Shown piece after piece: positions 56,834 through 64,000 of a DNA stretch of 64,000 nt (positions within the stretch are counted from its first letter, which is position 1; every line of letters starts with the position of its first letter). The notes beneath the pieces were generated by a model. That model did no database searches and was not told the DNA's origin. It worked only from the letters and a program-made list of their open reading frames with translations. Where the stretch lies: the sequence record MW021758.1; one strand, written 5' to 3'. Made by a program: the position numbers and the translations under genes.

Positions 56834-58912
56834 ATGTCTGAGCAAATCACAAGCTCTACTCCCAATATTTATTATCGGGGTACTCGGGACACATCTTATC
56901 AGCGTAGCACTGGGGCACCAACCACGCTCCCTTTGCACCGCCCTCTGATTCCGTTCTTCTCGCGGAAAGGGCCAACTACGCCGATGTGGATCGACCCGAA
57001 CAAGTTCGAAGATATCTTCGGTTCCGAAGCTGTTGACCTGAACTCCCCTTATGCTACTCACTCTACGCCATTCGTTATCGAAGCGCGTAAAGCCGGCAAC
57101 CAGTTCTTGGCAATGCGTGTTGAGCCGGAAGATATTCCCGACCCAGCAACTCTCGGTCTGTCTGTAGACTGGATGAAGAAAGATCTTCCAGAATACAAAC
57201 GTGACGAAGAAGGTCGCTACATTCTGGACTCCAATGGCCAGAAGCAAGCAACTGGTACCACTATCCCTGGCATCCTGATGTCGTTCCATTTCGGCGCGAT
57301 TCCGGTTGACAAAGATAGCCAACAAACAATGTACGGCCGCCGTGAAAAAACCGACGGTACCCTGGGTGACGACACCGCGGGTAAATCTCAGTTGCTGCCG
57401 TTGGTAGACTGGATCGCTCGCGACAAATCGTCTCTGGGTCCAAATACCGCACTGCGCATCTGGGCTCCGACCACCCAATCTCGTCAAGCGGCAGATTCCG
57501 ATCTGCAAGCTCGACTGAAGTCTTTCCTGTATCGCTTCCAGATGCTGGTTCGTGAAAACGAACTGTCTTCTCCGGCAATCCTTGAGACTCTGTCTCAGGA
57601 ATCTTCCGTATTGGTAAGCCTGGGGACTGACACCATCGACCGTGAAACTGGGATCGTTTACGATTTCGCTGAACGCATCGATGAGCGCTACAACGATAGC
57701 GACCCGTCTACTTGGTTGGAATCTCCAATCGATAAGCCTTATCTGTACCAGGCTAACGTAGACATGCTGCTGAAAGAAATCCAGGCTCTGGAATCTGCGG
57801 CTAACCCTGCTGTCTCTGACAACCCGGATGACCTGTACGAGATCAACCTGTTCGGCGCGCAAACTGTGGAAGGCGTACCTTACCACACTGTGCAAATCCA
57901 GCCGGTTTCTGAAGGCGGTACTGTTCTCTCTGAGAACGCATCCTTCTACATGGTAGGTGGTGGTGACGGTACTCTGGGTAACGCTTCCTTTAACAAGGCA
58001 GTGGCTAAAATCCTGGGTAACCTGACCAGCAACACCGGTATCAACCTGAGCAACATGGCGCGTTATCCGTTCAACGCCTTCTGGGACTCCGGTTACGATC
58101 TGGCTACCAAGCAACTCATCCCGGCAATTATCGGCTTCCGTGCTGATACCTGGATCAGCTTGTGTACACAGGATATCAGCCTCCCGGACAACACCAACGA
58201 AGAAGAAGAGTCCATCGCTCTGTCTCTGTTGACCCGTGTCCAACAGTTCCCTGATTCTACAGATTTCGCTACCCCGGCATTCCGTGGTCAGATCGTAGGT
58301 CAGTGTGGCGACTACACCGGTACTACTCGCAAGTTCCGTGTTCCGCTGAACCTGGACCGTTTCGCTGCAATGTGCTCTTATGCCGGCGCAGCTAACGGTG
58401 TACTGAAATCTGAAAACGCGATCGACGACGGTGCGAACCGTATCGTTCAAGTAGTCAAAAACGTAACCAACCTCGACAAGTCCTGGCGTGTAAAACGCCG
58501 TCAGTGGGCAAGTGGTCTGGTGTACGTGGAAGACTACGACACCCGCTCCCAGTTCTATGCCGGTCAGCAGAGCTTCTACCCAGAACCTGGTTCTGTGCTG
58601 AAGTCTTCCATGACTGGTCTGCTGGTTGCCAACATCAACCGCTTCGGCTTCGATGCATGGCGTGATCTGTCGGGTAACGGTAAACTGTCTGACGATCAGC
58701 TGTTGGAACGTACCGAGAAGATCGTAACTGATCGCGGTGCAAACGCCTTCGATAACCGTCTGCGTTATATCCCTCATGCTCAGATCACCGACGGTGATCG
58801 TGAACGTGGTTACAGCTGGTCGTTGCGTGTTGATTTCGGTGCGAACCACATGCGTACCGTACTGGACATGTCGTCCGTAGCTTATACCGCCGAGGAGTTA
58901 GCGAATGGCTAA
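56834..58912 (+). CDS. Contractile tail sheath protein (phiKZ gp29-like)
   Basis: 692 aa; N-terminal IYYRGTRD..P.HRPLIPFF..KGP, GGGDG, FWDSGY; followed by the tube gene. Confidence 0.88.
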   Translation: MSEQITSSTPNIYYRGTRDTSYQRSTGAPTTLPLHRPLIPFFSRKGPTTPMWIDPNKFEDIFGSEAVDLNSPYATHSTPFVIEARKAGNQFLAMRVEPEDIPDPATLGLSVDWMKKDLPEYKRDEEGRYILDSNGQKQATGTTIPGILMSFHFGAIPVDKDSQQTMYGRREKTDGTLGDDTAGKSQLLPLVDWIARDKSSLGPNTALRIWAPTTQSRQAADSDLQARLKSFLYRFQMLVRENELSSPAILETLSQESSVLVSLGTDTIDRETGIVYDFAERIDERYNDSDPSTWLESPIDKPYLYQANVDMLLKEIQALESAANPAVSDNPDDLYEINLFGAQTVEGVPYHTVQIQPVSEGGTVLSENASFYMVGGGDGTLGNASFNKAVAKILGNLTSNTGINLSNMARYPFNAFWDSGYDLATKQLIPAIIGFRADTWISLCTQDISLPDNTNEEEESIALSLLTRVQQFPDSTDFATPAFRGQIVGQCGDYTGTTRKFRVPLNLDRFAAMCSYAGAANGVLKSENAIDDGANRIVQVVKNVTNLDKSWRVKRRQWASGLVYVEDYDTRSQFYAGQQSFYPEPGSVLKSSMTGLLVANINRFGFDAWRDLSGNGKLSDDQLLERTEKIVTDRGANAFDNRLRYIPHAQITDGDRERGYSWSLRVDFGANHMRTVLDMSSVAYTAEELANG

Positions 58913-59774
58913 GAAAGATCCAAATACCATTCTCCCTTCCAACACAGCGTACGTCAACGGGTCCTTCGGGCCCGTAACCAACCTGCCTAACTCAGGCATG
59001 ATGGGGTACGCTCCTGATTTCCGTTACTACCACGGTGCAGCTGACTACACCCGTCGTCCGGTTATCCCATTCCTTCTGGAATGTCCTGCAGCAATGTTGG
59101 ACACGGATGACCCGGCGAAATGGCAAGCAGCTCTGAAGGCCCTGATCGAACTGCACCCGCGTTCTATTTCCGGCCTGGATCAGTCGTTGGACGTTGAATA
59201 CGTCGAAAACCCGTTCGGTGGTTCTGGTGAGATGATGCAGTCTCTGGCTAAAGTTCGCCGCGCTCGTTCTGTTCCTCAGTTCGAGTGGGTAGAGAAGATC
59301 GGTCGTCCGGTCCTGAACTTCTGGCAGCGCTACATCATTTACTTCCTAGGTAACCCAGAGAGTAACGTTCCAGGCATCATCGCCAAAGGCAACATCACCC
59401 CTGGTACCAGCTACCCTGACTACACTGCGTTCACCGTACTCTTCGTAGAGCCGGATGCATCTCAGCGTTATTGCCAGGAAGCATGGTTGGTTACCAACAT
59501 GATGCCAATGCAGGGTCCACGTAACGAAGGTAGCCGTGACATCACCGCTACCCCTGAATCCGTAACTCACTCGATTACCTTCACGGGTATTCAGCAAGTA
59601 GGTGACGGTGTTCGTAAACTGGGCCAGCAGTTCCTGGATCGCGCTCGTCAAACTGGTATTGACATCAACACCCGTCCGGCCTTCCTGCAATCCGCAGAAG
59701 CTGACGTTGCTGCTGCTGATACTGGTTACGTTGAGTGGATGCAGAAAATGTCCAAAGGCGGCGTCGGTATCTAA
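58905..59774 (+). CDS. Tail tube protein (phiKZ gp30-like)
   Basis: 289 aa directly after the sheath gene, 8-nt overlap. Confidence 0.8.
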   Translation: MAKKDPNTILPSNTAYVNGSFGPVTNLPNSGMMGYAPDFRYYHGAADYTRRPVIPFLLECPAAMLDTDDPAKWQAALKALIELHPRSISGLDQSLDVEYVENPFGGSGEMMQSLAKVRRARSVPQFEWVEKIGRPVLNFWQRYIIYFLGNPESNVPGIIAKGNITPGTSYPDYTAFTVLFVEPDASQRYCQEAWLVTNMMPMQGPRNEGSRDITATPESVTHSITFTGIQQVGDGVRKLGQQFLDRARQTGIDINTRPAFLQSAEADVAAADTGYVEWMQKMSKGGVGI

Positions 59775-59790
59775 TCGACAAAATAAGATA

Positions 59791-59819
59791 ATAGACCAGG
59801 GCAAAACGCCCTGGTCTAT
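59791..59819. terminator. Bidirectional terminator between convergent operons
   Basis: ATAGACCAGGGC-AAAAC-GCCCTGGTCTAT with A/T-rich flanks on both sides. Confidence 0.75.
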
Positions 59820-59829
59820 GTTTGCTTTA

Positions 59830-59952
59830 TTACTTAGGTCCAAACTTAACAAACGCAATTGCTCCCGATATCCCAACCAGGATAGCCAAGATAACCACGG
59901 AAGTGATTAAGACCTCAGCTGCGGAAATAGTAATTACTATCTCTGCATTCAT
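59830..59952 (-). CDS. 40-aa single-TM peptide (MNAEIVITISAAEVLITSVVILAILVGISGAIAFVKFGPK)
   Basis: ATG 17 nt after the endolysin stop, AGGGGTGG RBS-like sequence, stop just before the terminator; below the track cutoff. Confidence 0.65.
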   Translation of the reverse strand: MNAEIVITISAAEVLITSVVILAILVGISGAIAFVKFGPK

Positions 59953-59969
59953 ACGCCACCCCTACGAGG

Positions 59970-60641
59970 TTACGCGATCTTCTTACGGTTCTTGATCAGA
60001 AGACCTTCGCCGTAGATTTTCCAAATGGTAGTACCCACTTCTGCACGGGTAATCTTACCGTCCTTATCCACGTCCAGGCCACGGTTTTGCTCGTAGGCCT
60101 TAGCTTGACTTGGAATATTTTTATCCCACATGACGTAAGAGTTCGGTTTGGTAACACCAACCGGCCACAGGATACGCATGTAGCATGAAGTCAGATCGTA
60201 GAGCTTACCGGTGTACGGTTTGAAGTATTTGTAGACGCAGTCTAATTGCTGAACTGCAGTCATCGCCAGCAGTTGTGCTTTAGTGACACCAATGTCCTGC
60301 ATCGCCATGGATCCAAACTGCACGAGGCCCCAGTAGCTTGCTCCTGCGCCATTCTGGATGGTAGGGGAGAAAGTACGACCTGTTTCGAATGCCATGCAAG
60401 ACATTAACCAGCCGCCATCATCTGTCTGCTGCAGATCCTTAGCAATTTTCTTAGTCTTAGTAACGAACTCGTCATTGACGTTCTTGTTACCCGACCAAGC
60501 AATATCGTACTGCTTATAAGATGCTTCCAGCGCAGCCTGGGAGTTCTTTCCCCAAATACCGTCAGGAGTGCCACAGTTAAAACCTGCAGCGTTCAGAGAC
60601 TCTTGCAGAGCCTTAGCAGTGTTACGATCGAATTCCATCAT
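59970..60641 (-). CDS. Modular endolysin: peptidoglycan-binding domain plus lysozyme-like or transglycosylase domain
   Basis: ALQESLNAAGFNCGTPDGIWGKNSQAAL (PG_binding_1); MAFETG..YWGLVQF; start moved to 60641 after GAGGT. Confidence 0.88.
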   Translation of the reverse strand: MMEFDRNTAKALQESLNAAGFNCGTPDGIWGKNSQAALEASYKQYDIAWSGNKNVNDEFVTKTKKIAKDLQQTDDGGWLMSCMAFETGRTFSPTIQNGAGASYWGLVQFGSMAMQDIGVTKAQLLAMTAVQQLDCVYKYFKPYTGKLYDLTSCYMRILWPVGVTKPNSYVMWDKNIPSQAKAYEQNRGLDVDKDGKITRAEVGTTIWKIYGEGLLIKNRKKIA

Positions 60642-60716
60642 TAGGTTATACCTCAATAAAAAATAAAAGAGTGCATAAACAAATAAACGGAGTACGCTTT
60701 TGCGTACTCCGTTATT

Positions 60717-61334
60717 TTAATAACCCAAATGAGAAACAATGAAATCAACCGTTTGCTTCTGAACATCCTTGAAAGACTCAACGCGACGATAACCCTGCAG
60801 TTCAGAGTTCCACGGCCGATTAACCAAAATGACATTATCCGATCCGCCATTACCGTTCGTCCAATGAGGACGATCGTCGAATAACAGGAAAGGTAAGTTA
60901 GTCTGGGTTTTCAGCCAGGCTTCTTTATCTGGGTGAACTTCAGGATCCAAAGCGACGCCTTCCATAACGAGGCCATGTTTCTTGAAGTTCTCTAACGTGT
61001 ACTCCATACCGCGTTTGTGGTAACCACGGTGAGTAACGAAGAGGTGACCAACTTCAGGATACGCGAATTCCATAAAGCGTAACCATTCAGGGAACTTTTC
61101 CCAGCCCGGACAGAATACTCCGTCACGCATGAAGAATGCATCTTCCAGTGCATCCATCAGACGTTCACCTTCAACACCTTTACGACCCAGTCGATTACCC
61201 CAGACGTAGTTGGCGTTATACTTTTTGTTAATCCAATTAACTAAAGCATGTTCGGTATCAAATACGGTATCGTCCAGATCCCAGACAATAAACATTTTGT
61301 AACCGGGAATATTTTGAGCGAGCTGTTGTTCCAT
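60717..61334 (-). CDS. HAD-superfamily 5'(3')-deoxyribonucleotidase-like protein
   Basis: WDLDDTVFD motif I, VTHR, K, LLFDDRP motif IV. Confidence 0.8.
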   Translation of the reverse strand: MEQQLAQNIPGYKMFIVWDLDDTVFDTEHALVNWINKKYNANYVWGNRLGRKGVEGERLMDALEDAFFMRDGVFCPGWEKFPEWLRFMEFAYPEVGHLFVTHRGYHKRGMEYTLENFKKHGLVMEGVALDPEVHPDKEAWLKTQTNLPFLLFDDRPHWTNGNGGSDNVILVNRPWNSELQGYRRVESFKDVQKQTVDFIVSHLGY

Positions 61335-61347
61335 TTACTTTCCTTTC

Positions 61348-61623
61348 TTAGTTGGTCTTTCGACGTAAACGTCGGGCGTTAGTTTCTACCGCACTGATCA
61401 AAGCGATCTTCAAGCGGATTAATTGATCACGATTGGCCACGAACCTGACGGCTTCACCGGAGGTGAAACGTAAGTCGAGGAACCAAGATCCTACCAGACA
61501 ACGACGGAAGACATTACCGACACTGAGGATCTTATCTGCCATTACTACAGTGTTACTGTTTTTATCCTTAACGATGAAAGAAGTCTCATCTTGGTTAAGG
61601 GCCATAAAGATGTCTTTTTGCAT
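61348..61623 (-). CDS. Small hypothetical protein
   Basis: 91 aa. Confidence 0.6.
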   Translation of the reverse strand: MQKDIFMALNQDETSFIVKDKNSNTVVMADKILSVGNVFRRCLVGSWFLDLRFTSGEAVRFVANRDQLIRLKIALISAVETNARRLRRKTN

Positions 61624-61644
61624 ACGAGGACTCTGCTGTGATTA

Positions 61645-62157
61645 TTACACTATCAGTCTGCCTTGTATCTCCTTGTTAACTGTATCCAGGAGATCCACTC
61701 GAGCACTCAGCAGCCTGATAACTTTTCGATTACCGTAATCGATGACCAATTGGTCACCTAAATGCCTAACAGTTTCGAGTCCATCTTTGTAGACGTTAAC
61801 TGTATTACCACCCCACTTGATAGCCAATAATTTTCTATCAGCATAATATCTCATAACAGGCGGTTCAATATCGTTAACAAAGCCAGCAGTGTTACGCAGC
61901 CAAACTTTCCAGATATCGATAACACGGAGAGTGAACTCTTCGTAGAGAGCAAAGTCGTTACCTTCGACTTGGACGACTTGTTGGAACCCGGTGTTGTCAA
62001 TAAAGACTATCGAGGAACGATAGCCAAAGGAATTTGGTTTATTGATTGAAATGTTCGCCAGTGTATCGAAGTCGACTACGATGGTCGTACCGGCGTAACG
62101 AATCATTTGTTTAGATCCCCCGCAGGGCTCTATAGAGAGTTCAGGAGCTTCGATCAT
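61645..62157 (-). CDS. Hypothetical protein with two similar beta-rich halves
   Basis: 170 aa; IRYAGTTIVV and IKWGGNTVNV. Confidence 0.65.
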   Translation of the reverse strand: MIEAPELSIEPCGGSKQMIRYAGTTIVVDFDTLANISINKPNSFGYRSSIVFIDNTGFQQVVQVEGNDFALYEEFTLRVIDIWKVWLRNTAGFVNDIEPPVMRYYADRKLLAIKWGGNTVNVYKDGLETVRHLGDQLVIDYGNRKVIRLLSARVDLLDTVNKEIQGRLIV

Positions 62158-63086
62158 TCACAGGCCTCTTTCACCAGTTCTTCGTAACTCTTAATACCCG
62201 CACAACGACCACCTGCTGCATCAGGGTGGCCACCACCAGAGAACTTCTTAGCTACATGGGACGCTAACCCGGAACCGGCACGAGAACGGAAACTGAATCC
62301 CATACCCTTACCGCTAATACTTGTACCGATCACCAGATCTACACGCGGGTTCTTCTCCATGATCTGAGAAGCAACCTCAGAGATGAAGATATGCGGGCAG
62401 TTCAGAACGGCGATGGTGGTATCGACTTGACCTTTAGGGCCGCGAATAACCTGACCGCGATACCACCAAGTAGCATTCTTCATGAACCACTCTACTTGCT
62501 GATCGCGTGCTTTGACCAGGATATCAGCCATCGCAGTAATTTCATCTACACCAGCTTGGTCTTGGGTGTAAAGGACTTTAACGAACGGCGGGAAGATAAC
62601 ATCCGGTTCACCCTTAGCCAGGAAGGTAGCGAAGTACTCATGATACTTACGCATGTCCGGGGTAAGTAACCAAAGGTCACGCAGTTCTACCAATTTAACC
62701 ATAGGCGGCATTGGTTCGTTTGGATAGAGGTATTCCCATGCCAGGCCTGCACCTGAGTGAGCCATATCGAAACCGATGTGGTCACCTGGACGCATGTGCT
62801 CTTTCGCATGACCGGCACGGTCAGTAGAGTCTTTGTGATGATCGAGTAGAATGCAACGCTGGGTCTTTTCCCAGTTAGCGCTTGTCCACTCAGTGTCAGG
62901 GCAGAAGTCTACGAAGAAGACTACCTTACCTTCGACGTCCAGAGTATTAGGACGACCGTAGTTAATTGGTTGATACGTGGCCAATGGATAACGAGTATAC
63001 ATCAGCGCAGCGGCTGCGAAGCCGTCCATGCAGCTATCGTGATAGAAGACTACAACGTTTTTATCATTAACAGGATAATCGTACAT
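62154..63086 (-). CDS. DHH/DHHA1 phosphoesterase (NrnB/oligoribonuclease-like)
   Basis: YHDSCMDG, VDFC, LDHH, SGAGL, SFRSR, GGGHPDAAG. Confidence 0.85.
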   Translation of the reverse strand: MYDYPVNDKNVVVFYHDSCMDGFAAAALMYTRYPLATYQPINYGRPNTLDVEGKVVFFVDFCPDTEWTSANWEKTQRCILLDHHKDSTDRAGHAKEHMRPGDHIGFDMAHSGAGLAWEYLYPNEPMPPMVKLVELRDLWLLTPDMRKYHEYFATFLAKGEPDVIFPPFVKVLYTQDQAGVDEITAMADILVKARDQQVEWFMKNATWWYRGQVIRGPKGQVDTTIAVLNCPHIFISEVASQIMEKNPRVDLVIGTSISGKGMGFSFRSRAGSGLASHVAKKFSGGGHPDAAGGRCAGIKSYEELVKEACE

Positions 63087-63087
63087 T

Positions 63088-63366
63088 TCATTCCCCCAAC
63101 AGTGAACTGATTAACTCGCACTTTTGATGGAGCTCTTCACGAGTTCCACCGAAGTTCTTTAAAGGAGTAAGGGTAATGGAAGTACCATCCTTCTTCTCCA
63201 CTTCGAATACCCAGAGAGCCCATTTACCTGGCCCGCTACGATAAGGTTTACCGATAGTTTTAATATCGACTAAAGGCAGATAAGTAACTTCCTTAGAAAT
63301 TACCCCGGTGATGATTAAACTGGAGTCTTTGGTTAACTCCCCCTCAGGTAAATTTACGTATGGCAT
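63088..63366 (-). CDS. Small beta-rich hypothetical protein
   Basis: 92 aa, GAGGT RBS. Confidence 0.6.
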   Translation of the reverse strand: MPYVNLPEGELTKDSSLIITGVISKEVTYLPLVDIKTIGKPYRSGPGKWALWVFEVEKKDGTSITLTPLKNFGGTREELHQKCELISSLLGE

Positions 63367-63471
63367 TTTGACCTCAGATGTTTATAAACGTAAACCATAA
63401 TCCGAACAAAAAAGAAAAGCCAGCAACAAAAAGGAAGGCGCCTCCGAAGAGGCAGCCTTTAATTAATCGTT

Positions 63472-64000
63472 TCACTCAACCAACCATGCGAGTAAAGTTT
63501 CTTCATCGATCACAGGGACATTTAGCTTTGTCGCCTTAGCCAACTTACCTCCTGCGTTTTCCCCAGCAAATAAGTAATCGGTATTCTTAGATACTCCACT
63601 CGCTACGTTTGCCCCCAGCTTGCGAAGTTTATCCTTGATGTCGTCCCGGTTCATCCCAGAGAAAGAACCAGTAACTACAACGACTTTACCAACCAACCTA
63701 CCTTCGGTTCTAACGACAGGAGCCGACTCGTCCCAGTGAACACCCAGTCTGATCATTTCATCCAGAATAAAGTTGTTCCTATCTGATTGGAACCAGGCGT
63801 AAATACTGAGAGCAACTACATCACCAATCCCCTCAATCGCCTTCAGATCATCTACACTCGCTTCTTTTAGTTTAGCCAAGCTATGGAAGTGGTTAGCTAA
63901 CAAAAGCGCTGTCGACTCCCCTACTTCGTTTATCCCCATGGAAAAGAGTACTCGGGCAAGAGTTGTCTCTTTAGCCTTGTTGATAGATGCGATCAACTTA
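63472..64000 (-). CDS. ligA: NAD-dependent DNA ligase, C-terminal HhH and BRCT part (gene continues beyond the window)
   Basis: RVLFSMGINEVGESTA, IEGIGDVVA, VVTGSF, SGVSKNTDYLFAGENAGGKLAKA. Confidence 0.92.
   Translation of the reverse strand, partial: KLIASINKAKETTLARVLFSMGINEVGESTALLLANHFHSLAKLKEASVDDLKAIEGIGDVVALSIYAWFQSDRNNFILDEMIRLGVHWDESAPVVRTEGRLVGKVVVVTGSFSGMNRDDIKDKLRKLGANVASGVSKNTDYLFAGENAGGKLAKATKLNVPVIDEETLLAWLVE

Noticed and set aside
56810-58849. 679-aa antisense ORF opposite the tail sheath gene
   Set aside because: It mirrors the sheath frame. Highly expressed genes avoid TTA, CTA and TCA codons, which removes antisense stops. No RBS or protein-like motifs.
1-64000. Alternative genetic code, or inteins in the polymerase, helicase or terminase
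   Set aside because: Core genes are full length under the standard code, and no Hint-type C...HN-C/S/T insertions were evident.

Overview
This window is a segment of a nucleus-forming jumbo phage genome (phiKZ-like, Chimalliviridae), coded mostly on the minus strand, with a probable gammaproteobacterial host. It holds the conserved nucleus and transcription block: family-B DNA polymerase, chimallin, a beta'-N subunit of the non-virion RNA polymerase (nvRNAP), SbcD-like nuclease, probable ChmC, sigma-like and import (PicA-like) genes, nvRNAP beta and beta'-C subunits, and an SF2 helicase. It also holds PhuZ tubulin, the terminase, baseplate-region, tail sheath and tail tube block, two lysins and the 3' end of an NAD-dependent ligase. 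Features the ORF track misses: (1) a 296-nt group I intron with no endonuclease ORF, inserted inside the RNAP catalytic NCDFDG|D motif, with a recoverable 57-aa second exon; (2) a duplicated structured intergenic element with GGA-triloop hairpins (2.9 kb and 43.4 kb); (3) a ~310-nt ORF-free structured region behind phuZ with its own promoter-like motif and terminator; (4) a 40-aa membrane peptide behind the endolysin; (5) an apparent array of about 10 divergent small paralogs between phuZ and the polymerase; (6) recurrent promoter and terminator sequence motifs. Accessory genes include a T7-like kinase, a DarG-like macrodomain, GNAT, CYTH, DHH, a LEM-3-like GIY-YIG and a LemA/TPM-like pair. 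No searches could be run. Family calls rest on motifs read by eye and on synteny with phiKZ-like phages recalled from memory. Several starts were moved from the track to Shine-Dalgarno-supported codons.
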